Under the pieces are notes generated by a model. It was not told the DNA's origin, searched no databases, and was given only the letters and a program-made list of their open reading frames with translations. Positions 8,921 to 16,555 of a stretch of 20,000 nt of DNA are shown here, piece by piece. Location of the stretch: IMG/VR virus record IMGVR_UViG_3300037400_006954. The stretch is one strand, 5' to 3'. The DNA comes from an uncultured virus (IMG/VR IMGVR_UViG_3300037400_006954). Lineage: Duplodnaviria; Heunggongvirae; Uroviricota; Caudoviricetes. Every line of letters starts with the position of its first letter. Within the stretch, counting starts at the first letter, position 1. Position numbers and translations under genes: made by a program.

Positions 8921-9957
8921 ATGCCTAACTCCTTGAGTTGTTTCTCTATTTCCTTGTTGCTTCCCCGCCTTGCGAGGTATGTCGAAAGCGCAGACGCCTG
9001 CTTGATCTTCGACTTGACTTCGGCGACACCCGCCTTGAGCCCGCCCTCGACGTACTTGACGGCCTCCAGGACCCTGCCGCAGTTCTCTATGTAGTCCTTG
9101 AACACCACGGCGAGCACGTTCGCCGCGACGGTGTCCAGGAACGCCTTCGAGGGCCTGTAGAACTTGGCGCCTCTCCTTGCGTACGCCACCAGGAACTTGC
9201 ACTGTACCTTCACGTCGTGGTCGTAGCGCTCGCCGGAGCCGTCGAAGTGCTCCTTCCTGTACGGCTTCATGCTCAGGAACTCCTCGATGGAGACCGCCGG
9301 CATGTCCGCATCCAGGTCCACGCCGGACACCGTGCACGGCAGGAACCCCGCCAGGTTCCTTGGGCGGCCCGCGTCGCTGGAATGCTCGCTGTTGTAGGCG
9401 CTTACGATGCATGCGTTTGCCGCGAGCCTAGCCGCCATGGGGCTGGACCTGTCGCCGCACCGTACGACCGGCCTGTTGCCGCGTATCACGGGGCCGTTCT
9501 CGCCGACGAAGAACATCGAGTTCTTGATGTTTCCGAACAGCACGTCCACTGCGTTCTTGTGCATGTGCTCCAGGAAGAACATCTGCCCGTACTTGCTCAT
9601 GTCGTCACCGACCGGAAGCGGGTAGAACCTGCAGTACCGGACCTTGGGCAGGAGCGGTTCCTCGTCTATCCTGTTCCCCGTAAACTGGAGCAGGCCGGAC
9701 GACGCGTCGAAGTCGCTCGACATGACGTCGTTCACGAACAGTATCCTGGTGTGCCCCGTGTCCTTAGTCAGCATGTCGCGCACCGTCTCGGGCCTGTTGT
9801 CGGCCCTACCCGTGTATCCGCACGATATGCCGAGCTTGGACAGGGTGTTCACCGCCAGGTGAAGCCTGTTCGCCCCGCTCGAGACCTCCGAAGGAACGAC
9901 TATCAGGTCGCCTACCTGAAGCCTCGTAACGTCGCTTATCTCGCTGAAATTGTGCAT
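8917..9957 (-). CDS. hypothetical protein (346 aa)
   Basis: AAGGAG RBS, strong third-position G/C bias, helical or coiled-coil-like C-terminus. Confidence 0.85.
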   Translation of the reverse strand: MHNFSEISDVTRLQVGDLIVVPSEVSSGANRLHLAVNTLSKLGISCGYTGRADNRPETVRDMLTKDTGHTRILFVNDVMSSDFDASSGLLQFTGNRIDEEPLLPKVRYCRFYPLPVGDDMSKYGQMFFLEHMHKNAVDVLFGNIKNSMFFVGENGPVIRGNRPVVRCGDRSSPMAARLAANACIVSAYNSEHSSDAGRPRNLAGFLPCTVSGVDLDADMPAVSIEEFLSMKPYRKEHFDGSGERYDHDVKVQCKFLVAYARRGAKFYRPSKAFLDTVAANVLAVVFKDYIENCGRVLEAVKYVEGGLKAGVAEVKSKIKQASALSTYLARRGSNKEIEKQLKELGI

Positions 9958-9986
9958 AAGCTACTCCTTCTAACTTTGTAACATGT

Positions 9987-10019
9987 AAAAAGAAGGGCCC
10001 CGTTTTTCGGGCGGGGCCC
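9987..10019 (-). terminator. intrinsic terminator after the 171-aa gene
   Basis: GGGCCCCG (9995-10002)/CGGGGCCC (10012-10019) stem followed by TTCTTTTT on the minus strand. Confidence 0.8.
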
Positions 10020-10040
10020 CCCTTGCACAGCCGACAGGGC

Positions 10041-10556
10041 TTAGTCCTCGTCGCCCTCGGCGACAACCTTGCCGTTCTCCTTGAGGTTCTTCGCGATGAC
10101 GCGGAGGAACACGCGGGTGCCCTCGTCGTCCTTGCGGACGATCTGGTACTGGCCGTCGTTGCCGGGAGCGGCCTCGCACATGCGGTCGGCGCATGCCTCG
10201 ACGCGGTCGCACTTCTCGACGTCGGTCGTGAAGATGTCGACGATGTCGGGGTTCTCCGCGTTCTTCGCCGTCCAGCAGTCGAAGAACTTGAAGGACGCGG
10301 CCGACTTGGTGTTGTCGACCAGCTTGACGATCACCTCGATCTCGCCGACCTTCTTGACGGTCTGGAGAGTGGCGCCCGTCTCGTCTCCGAGCACGATCTT
10401 GCCCTTCTTGTCGCCGTCAGGGCCGAAACCCTCGTCCTCGGTGAGGAAGAGGCGCCCGAACTTGCGGCGGTCGATCGTACCCGTGTACGATGCTGTGGTC
10501 TTGCCCAGGACCTCGACCTCGGGGTACTGGGGCTTCTCGGTGTACTTCATCTTCAT
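10041..10556 (-). CDS. hypothetical protein (171 aa, MKMKYTEKPQ...), probably highly expressed
   Basis: A/C-rich enhancer plus AAGGAA RBS, almost exclusively C/G-ending codons, own terminator. Confidence 0.85.
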   Translation of the reverse strand: MKMKYTEKPQYPEVEVLGKTTASYTGTIDRRKFGRLFLTEDEGFGPDGDKKGKIVLGDETGATLQTVKKVGEIEVIVKLVDNTKSAASFKFFDCWTAKNAENPDIVDIFTTDVEKCDRVEACADRMCEAAPGNDGQYQIVRKDDEGTRVFLRVIAKNLKENGKVVAEGDED

Positions 10557-10569
10557 GATGATGTTTTCC

Positions 10570-10890
10570 TTTTTTGTTGTTCTTGTTTGTGTTGCGCAAC
10601 ACACCCCATGTGGAATGTGCTTCTACGACTGCCCACGCGGACAGCCGTAAATGGCAGCCGGAGTCTTTTACGAACGGATAGCTCCTCCGACAGACGCACC
10701 GACACCAGTCCCCTCGCGGGCGCCGTTCGACCTGTGCGTCACTTTCGTGCATTCGGGCACTACAGCCTTCGGGGAGCACGCATCCCCCTGCATACAGCTC
10801 ATTCCGCGCCCAGCCCCGACATCATCTGTCCGAGGGGGAATCAAACCCCGGGCCTCTGGCGTGTTGCCCTCCGTACGCAGTGTAAATCCC
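10570..10890 (-). ncRNA. candidate structured RNA or long 5' leader (~320 nt)
   Basis: T-loop-like hairpin GGGG-TTTGATT-CCCC (10835-10849); helices GACGCAC/GTGCGTC (10693-10699/10734-10740) and CGGCTGCC/GGCAGTCG (10653-10660/10626-10633); palindrome at 10588-10603. Confidence 0.5.
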
Positions 10891-10891
10891 G

Positions 10892-11053
10892 TTACGAGCC
10901 CCAGAACAGGATCCTGTCCCGCTCCAGCCTCCTTATCTCCTTTACCCTGTCCTGGTCCGTCGTGACCGCGATGGACTTCGAGGTGGTCACCTCGACTACG
11001 CCTATCATGGCCGGGCACTTTGCCGGCCTGTCGTCTGCTGCCGTGTTCTTCAT
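10892..11053 (-). CDS. small hypothetical protein (53 aa, MKNTAADDRPAK...)
   Basis: AAAGGAAGGA RBS; C/G-ending codons unlike the flanking non-coding DNA. Confidence 0.6.
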   Translation of the reverse strand: MKNTAADDRPAKCPAMIGVVEVTTSKSIAVTTDQDRVKEIRRLERDRILFWGS

Positions 11054-11084
11054 GTCTGTCCTTCCTTTCGTATGTAAAGAAAAC

Positions 11085-11820
11085 ATCTACAGCTCCCGGC
11101 GTGTTCAAATACGCTCTTACTTCCAAGCCAATCCCCCTTTCGATTCCGCCCACGAACCCGCGAAGGCGCGTGGACATAACGCGGACCGCTCCCGCCGGCT
11201 TAGTCAGCCCCCGCAGGGTCAGACGCTCACCGACGGCGTTGGTCTCGCTCTGGATACTCGAAGAGACATCACTCCAGCGTGAAGGAAGCTTGAATGGCAA
11301 GGAGCCTCATGGGCAGGGCTGTAGACGTAAAATCAGAGACAGGAACTCGACCTTTGTTATCCACTGTATCCCGCGGACTCCGGAGCGTCCCGCCTCAAGG
11401 CCATGGCGTAGGGCGTCTGCTCGACGGAGTGGGTTCCTGCATGAGCGCGGTTTTCCGGACCCGCGTGCGCGAGTCCTGTTCCGAGGCGGAGGTGTCCCGA
11501 CGTCGTGAACCTCCTGTTCAGTTATACAGGCGCTGAGCGAGGAGGTCCTCACCTCCAGGCCGTCCCACGGGTTCCTGAACATGGATTGCCTAGGCGGAGA
11601 TTTTGGCTGAGGCGCGCATGGGCGCCGTATAGGTGGTAATCTCCAATAAACACCGGTGTCTCCACGTCTTCCCCGTTTTCGCATGTGCACTATGCTATTC
11701 GGATCGTACGTTTCTCCACCGCCATTTTGTTTTACCGGCCGCAATTGGACGCTGCGCGAATAACCGCGAGGTCCGCCGGCTTGCGGCACGTCGGCCGGCG
11801 CGAAAGAGGCGCGGCCTGAA
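11085..11820 (-). ncRNA. candidate large structured ncRNA, unit 2 (~735 nt)
   Basis: No credible ORF. Nested helices such as GTCTACAGC/GCTGTAGAT (11318-11326/11085-11093), GGAGATT/AATCTCC (11638-11644/11596-11602) and GGAGGT-GAGG-ACCTCC (11541-11556). Confidence 0.55.
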
Positions 11821-12733
11821 ATTGAAACAGGGCGCGCCACGGTATTACCCGGACGCGCCCATACCCGACTCCCACGGGTCCGTGTCTCGTTTCCACTGTC
11901 ATGCCCTGACGTTGGGCTTCACGGTAGGTCCTGCCTACTGTCATACAGCATGCCAGAAGTATCCATATCCTGTGATCCTGGCGGAAGACGTGCAGGCCGT
12001 GGGCGGGTCAGTTACTCCCGAGCCAGACATGCATAGGACTTCCGGTTGTTGATCCATTTTCAGTATGGGCCACGGCATTCGCGGCTGTCCGCGGTACGTT
12101 AACACTTTTCGTCTTGAAACGAACGCACAACAAAAGTCATCCGCTGAGGGAACGCGTTGGTTTTTCTTCAGCCAGACGGTTTCCCGGCTGGTAGGCCTGG
12201 TCCTTGGCATCGGACATCGGCACTGCGGCACAACGTGGCTGCACTCCGCACCTAGGGGCGGCGCAATGGTCTATACTGGATCGCACTCGTCGTTCGGCCT
12301 TACTGACGGACTGGATAACCGTGTACCGTTCTCAAGGTGTACTGGGACTTTCTAGATCGCCGAGACCAGCTCTGATTGTTTACAAGTTTTCGAGCGTTCC
12401 GAATAAGTTATATCCGGGCCTGGCCAGGTCCCACCCGTGGCCTCTTCGCTCGGGACCGCAGCAAGCTGCGGTTTCGCATCGTAGACTTCAAAATTTCTGC
12501 AGGAGGCGTACTTGCATATACGTAATAGCTTTCCCGATCCTGATCTGCGTACTGATTGACATCTGCCCGTGCTACTTCGGACCTTTGGTCCCCGCGTCAT
12601 CTGCTCAAGGAAGGGTTGACCCCAGACCGCCATGCGGATTCAAACCGCTGCAGATCAGACTCTGGCAGTTCGCTCCAAGAGCTAAATATCAAAATCAGCA
12701 AGACGCTAAATTGAAACAGGAACTTTTTCCTGT
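11821..12733 (-). ncRNA. candidate large structured ncRNA, unit 1 (~900 nt)
   Basis: Begins just after a TATAAT promoter; no credible ORF; 9-bp helix CTGATCTGC/GCAGATCAG (12650-12658/12540-12548); T-loop-like GCGG-TTTGAAT-CCGC (12634-12648); G(CUUG)C tetraloop hairpin (12455-12472); GAAA tetraloop (12177-12186). Confidence 0.6.
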
Positions 12734-12738
12734 ACTAC

Positions 12739-12767
12739 ATTATAGCCTAAATAAGCCCAAAATTAAC
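12739..12767 (-). promoter_or_regulatory. promoter driving the non-coding region
   Basis: GTTAAT-N17-TATAAT on the minus strand in an AT-rich patch; same layout as 13332-13360. Confidence 0.65.
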
Positions 12768-12783
12768 ACGTTTAAGGGCGTTT

Positions 12784-13113
12784 TCAGCCGTTTTTACGCT
12801 GAAGCCAGTCTGTCAGACGGCTGTCTGCGGCGGCATATTCCTGAATGGCCCGAGCCGTGGAGGACTCGCTTGGGACGTATCCGGGCTTGTGAACGATGTC
12901 GTTCCGGATGTTCTTGCCGTCCCTCAGCACGCTCATGAGCTCCATGATGCGGAGCTTTATGGCCGCCTTCCTGTAGGAGTCTCCGTCCCTCCCAAAGCCA
13001 AGTCCGGCAAGCCTGTTCGTAAGACGCGCGTCCGCCTGGACGACGTCATACATGCGGCGCAGGTCTGCGTCGCTGGGTCTTGTCTCCTGCGCTAGCTTTA
13101 GAAATCCATTCAT
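12784..13113 (-). CDS. hypothetical protein (109 aa), probably leaderless
   Basis: ATG lies 6 nt after a -10 box, with no SD sequence. Confidence 0.75.
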   Translation of the reverse strand: MNGFLKLAQETRPSDADLRRMYDVVQADARLTNRLAGLGFGRDGDSYRKAAIKLRIMELMSVLRDGKNIRNDIVHKPGYVPSESSTARAIQEYAAADSRLTDWLQRKNG

Positions 13114-13119
13114 GCCAAT

Positions 13120-13148
13120 ATGTTAGCATATAATGGCTAAAAACGCAA
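13120..13148 (-). promoter_or_regulatory. sigma70-like promoter (extended -10)
   Basis: TTGCGT-N17-TAACAT with TG just upstream of the -10. Confidence 0.6.
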
Positions 13149-13157
13149 GTACAGCGT

Positions 13158-13298
13158 TAGGGGCACTTGCGGGACTTGAACCCGCATCTCCCGAGGCCAA
13201 GCCATTAGATCTTCGCCCTCGGATTTCCTACCGACGACTCTGACCCTGGTGGAATCGAACCACCACGCCCCAGGCACATTGCGTTATGCTATTGTGCC
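13158..13298 (-). ncRNA. tRNA-like RNA with two T-arms (non-canonical or pseudo-tRNA)
   Basis: TGGTGG-TTCGATT-CCACCA (13247-13265) and GCGGG-TTCAAGT-CCCGC (13169-13185); closing helix GGGGCGT/GTGCCCC; no standard cloverleaf and no CCA. Confidence 0.6.
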
Positions 13299-13331
13299 AT
13301 TGAAAAAAAAAGGACCTTGTGTCCTCAATAT

Positions 13332-13360
13332 ATTATAGCGGCAATATGCCTGTTTTTAAC
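13332..13360 (-). promoter_or_regulatory. promoter driving the tRNA-like element
   Basis: GTTAAA-N17-TATAAT immediately after the GT gene stop. Confidence 0.65.
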
Positions 13361-14950
13361 TTACTTTATGTAATCCCGCCACCGTATGTTGTCCTTTACG
13401 GCATGGTACAGCTTGTCCTTTACTATAAACGAAAAGTCCCTTATCTTGAATACATCGTACGCCGGTACGCATTCGTCCCTGTAGATGTCCCTGCACGACA
13501 GCTTGTTGACGGCCATGGTCACCCACAAGGTCTCGAAAAACGTAGGCTGCAGGGCTTCTGACTCCGAATAGAACTTCTCCAGCATGTCGAGCATCTTCCT
13601 GGACAGCCTGGACATGCAGTTTACGGACTTGAAAGACTCGTTCCACATGCTGACCCGCCTTGAGCAGTTCCACCAGCACCACTCCACGTCGCAGCTTCTC
13701 GGCGTGACTCTTGTGCAGATTAAGTCGTGTCCCAGATCGTTCATTCTCGAGAAGAACGACTTCCAGTCGCCGGAGTAGCAGACGTCGTATTCCACGTACC
13801 ACACGTAGTCGTATTCCGGGTGCTCCTTTGCGAGTGCCATGGTGACGTAGTTTGGCGCCTGGTACTGCAGGGTCATTCCGAAGTCGGCCGGGGCTATGTA
13901 CTTTCTGGAATGAAGCACTTCCTCGTCGGTGAGAAGCCTGTAGTTTATGTCCTTGGGTATCTCTACGTCTCCAGGGCTCTTCTTGTTGTATACCCATATG
14001 ACGTCTATCCCCATGCCCTCCACGTCCTTGATAAGCTTCCTGCAGCGCCAGATCGTCTCGTCGTTTACGATGTGGCTTATGTACAGGGCCAGCTGACGGC
14101 TTCCATGCGCATTGCCGACAGGTTCCATGGTGCGACAGGCGGCGATATTGTCCCTATAGCCCAGCGAGATCGCGTCTCCGCGCTGATAGCCCTTCCCGTC
14201 ACCGGCGTAGTGCCGGATCAGCGGATTGTCATCCTTCGCTCGCGCTATAACGTTCAGCCGGGGATCTGCGCCGGCGTATACGTCCATGAACGCGTTTATC
14301 ACGTCCTGGTCTAGGAGTCCGAACATGCCATGGAGCTCGATGTCCCAGAACAGCTTCATGCGTTCCACGTAGAACTCGTCCCCGTTGCGCCGTATTGCCT
14401 CCATGTTGAAGAGAACCACGCCGGCATTTATGTATCTCTTGCGTTCCGTACCCCATTTTGACCAGTATGGGCCCATGGCCAGTACAGTGTCCGGGAATAC
14501 GTCGTTCTTCACTATTACCGGCGTCCTGTCTCCAAATGACCCTATGTCCGGTACGCCGGCCACCTCATGGTCTCCGATGTCGATGTCGTCTATGGCCTTC
14601 CTGGCGTCTTCTGACATGACGAGCGTATCGGTATCCAGGTACAGTACGCGATCGTATTCCTTTAACTCGTCGGCAACGGGTATGGCTAGTCTGTACAGAC
14701 TCGCAAAAGGCGTATGGCGGCACCAGTTTGCCGCGAAGAACCCGAATCTCCACAGGTATTTAGTCGGGCATACCGTGGTTACGCCGTATATTGCCGGAGG
14801 GAAGTGGTTTTCCGTAAATACAAATATGGGCACGTCTTCCCCTATGAACTTCCTGACGGACCACACGGACATCGCGAGCCTGTCGTAGTCTCCGCCGTTG
14901 GATGCATAGCATACCGCTAGGCCCTTACGTGTCTTCTGCTGTCTCTGCAT
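13361..14950 (-). CDS. glycosyltransferase family 8 domain fused to DUF3405-like domain (529 aa)
   Basis: Start re-assigned to MQRQQK (GGAGG RBS). GT8 motifs LYRLAIP, RVLYLDTD, YINAGVVLFN, DQDVIN and HYAG; C-terminal YDYVWYVEYDVCYSGDW resembles DUF3405. Confidence 0.85.
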   Translation of the reverse strand: MQRQQKTRKGLAVCYASNGGDYDRLAMSVWSVRKFIGEDVPIFVFTENHFPPAIYGVTTVCPTKYLWRFGFFAANWCRHTPFASLYRLAIPVADELKEYDRVLYLDTDTLVMSEDARKAIDDIDIGDHEVAGVPDIGSFGDRTPVIVKNDVFPDTVLAMGPYWSKWGTERKRYINAGVVLFNMEAIRRNGDEFYVERMKLFWDIELHGMFGLLDQDVINAFMDVYAGADPRLNVIARAKDDNPLIRHYAGDGKGYQRGDAISLGYRDNIAACRTMEPVGNAHGSRQLALYISHIVNDETIWRCRKLIKDVEGMGIDVIWVYNKKSPGDVEIPKDINYRLLTDEEVLHSRKYIAPADFGMTLQYQAPNYVTMALAKEHPEYDYVWYVEYDVCYSGDWKSFFSRMNDLGHDLICTRVTPRSCDVEWCWWNCSRRVSMWNESFKSVNCMSRLSRKMLDMLEKFYSESEALQPTFFETLWVTMAVNKLSCRDIYRDECVPAYDVFKIRDFSFIVKDKLYHAVKDNIRWRDYIK

Positions 14951-14961
14951 GCCTTGCCCTC

Positions 14962-16554
14962 CTATATGGATATACCCATCTTGGACGCCGTGCCTTTCAT
15001 GTTCGCCTTTGTATTGCCCACGAAATGCTGTACGATGCAGTTTGTACCGAAATCGCCTGCAAACCTGTTGAACCTGACCGACAGTACCGGCGCCACGTCC
15101 ATCATGACGTTTATGAAGTCCTGGTCCGGGAACGAGAACTTGCCGCGCGTAATCGCCTCCCAGAACCACTTCATCCTCTGCTTGTACCAGTCAATGCCGT
15201 TGTTCCGTATCTCGTCCAGGAACTCCACGAGCACGCCCGAGTTTATGTAGCCGTTTGCGGCCTTGGCCCTCCTGTCCCAGAGCGCCTTCTTCATCTTGCT
15301 GCGCGCCTCGGGGCTGAGACTGAACTTGATGTGCTTTTCTATGTCCATCTGCCGGCATTCTATGTCCTGCGCTCCCGCGGCTTCGAATCCGCCGGACTGC
15401 ATGGTAAAGAGCTGGTCCACCGCCCTGGACCTGACAAGCGTGTCCGTGTCCAGGTACAGCAGCCTGTCGTATCCGGCGAATTCGTCCAGCAGCGGTATTG
15501 CAAGCCGGAACAGGCAGGCAAACGGCCACCTCCTGTTCCACCCGTCCTTGAAGAACCCTATCGACTTCAGCGCACCCATTGGGTTGACAAGGGTCGCCCC
15601 CTGGAATCCGGGGTACTTGTCGAGCTCGGTCAGTATAAAGAACTTGACGTTGTCGCCAAGTGCCAGTCTTGCCGACGCCGCCGACATTATGAGCCTGTCC
15701 GAATCACGCCCGTCCGACGCGTATACTATGGCCCGCGGCCTGTCGGAGGCCGCCGGCAGCACCGGATTGAACCCAAGCGCCCTGGCGTCCCTTAGCATGT
15801 CCTTCTTGGTGCTGAGTATGTAGTGCTTGAGGACGGCCTTGTCTATGTTGTCCGGCATGTCCGCAAAATGGTTGAACCGCCTCTCGAACGCCGCAGACGT
15901 GACCATCATGGAATTTATGAAGTCCTGGTCCAGGTAGTCGAACTTGCACCGGCACTCGGCTTCCCAGAACCACTCCAGCCTCTGCCTGTACCAGTCGATA
16001 CCGTTCCTTCTGATGTTGTCCAGGCACCAGACGGCGACTCCGGCGTTTACGTACACGTGGTCTTCCACTTTCCTGGCAGACCACAGCTTCGAGGCTACGG
16101 CAACCATGGCCTTGAGCATCAGGTCCGACCTGATGCACTTGTCCACCCTTGCACTCGTCCCGTTGCTGTCCTTGACCGCCAGTATCTCGTTGGCGCCTGC
16201 ATCGGCCTCGAACAGGTACCGCATGTCCGGGGACCTCGCAAGGACGTCGGTGTCCAGGTACAGCACCCTGTCCAGGCCCTTGAAGTCGTCTATGAACGGA
16301 ATCGCCATCCTGTACAGGGTGGCGTACGGCCACCTCCTGTTCCACCCGTCGCTGAAGAATCCGATGTCGCTCAGTATCGGCAGGGGGTCTATTATCTTCT
16401 TTGCGAGCGGGACGTCCTCGTTTCCGAGAAAGTCTGACAGCACGTAAAAGTCCACGTCTCCGTTCATGGCCTTGTTCACGGAGAACATGGAGGCGTTCAT
16501 GAAGTCTACGTCGTTTCCGTCCGAGCAGTATACAACTACGGGCTTCTGGTTCAT
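14962..16554 (-). CDS. tandem double glycosyltransferase family 8 protein (530 aa)
   Basis: Two full motif sets: LYRMAIP/LFRLAIP, LYLDTD x2, YVNAGV/YINSGV, DQDFIN x2, KHY/QHF; AAGGAG RBS. Confidence 0.9.
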   Translation of the reverse strand: MNQKPVVVYCSDGNDVDFMNASMFSVNKAMNGDVDFYVLSDFLGNEDVPLAKKIIDPLPILSDIGFFSDGWNRRWPYATLYRMAIPFIDDFKGLDRVLYLDTDVLARSPDMRYLFEADAGANEILAVKDSNGTSARVDKCIRSDLMLKAMVAVASKLWSARKVEDHVYVNAGVAVWCLDNIRRNGIDWYRQRLEWFWEAECRCKFDYLDQDFINSMMVTSAAFERRFNHFADMPDNIDKAVLKHYILSTKKDMLRDARALGFNPVLPAASDRPRAIVYASDGRDSDRLIMSAASARLALGDNVKFFILTELDKYPGFQGATLVNPMGALKSIGFFKDGWNRRWPFACLFRLAIPLLDEFAGYDRLLYLDTDTLVRSRAVDQLFTMQSGGFEAAGAQDIECRQMDIEKHIKFSLSPEARSKMKKALWDRRAKAANGYINSGVLVEFLDEIRNNGIDWYKQRMKWFWEAITRGKFSFPDQDFINVMMDVAPVLSVRFNRFAGDFGTNCIVQHFVGNTKANMKGTASKMGISI

Positions 16555-16555
16555 A

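Noticed and set aside
2526..9981. Long plus-strand ORFs (812, 393, 347 aa etc.) and alternative-frame minus ORFs
   Set aside because: Antisense or frame shadows of GC3-biased real genes; no RBS and Arg/Gly/Val-rich nonsense composition.
10735..10800. GAGCTGTATGC resembling the start of group II intron domain V
   Set aside because: The matching 3' strand with the AC bulge is missing, and there is no interrupted gene or maturase.
11525..11560. CCTCCTCGCT on the minus strand, matching the HDV ribozyme L3 region (theta/HDV-like ribozyme)
   Set aside because: The flanks cannot form P3, and the segment is better explained by the GGAGGT-GAGG-ACCTCC hairpin.
12335..12355. GAAAGTCC resembling RNase P RNA conserved region I
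   Set aside because: I could not find the complementary P4 strand (CR-V) downstream; a covariance-model search is needed to exclude it formally.
11819..12720. ATTGAAAC (typical CRISPR repeat 3' end) on the plus strand at 11821 and 12710
   Set aside because: Only two copies 889 nt apart, similarity limited to 13 nt, no regular repeat-spacer period and no cas genes.
10668..12938. Track ORFs within the non-coding region (210, 177, 244, 162, 139 aa etc.)
   Set aside because: No SD sequences, no third-position G/C bias typical of this genome, mutually overlapping on both strands; coding cannot be fully excluded without homologues.
13191..13222. CTA in a stem loop suggesting an amber suppressor tRNA and stop-codon recoding
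   Set aside because: The loop geometry is not a canonical 7-nt anticodon loop, genes are intact in the standard code, and TAG serves as a normal stop (e.g. 8465, 14962, 18027).
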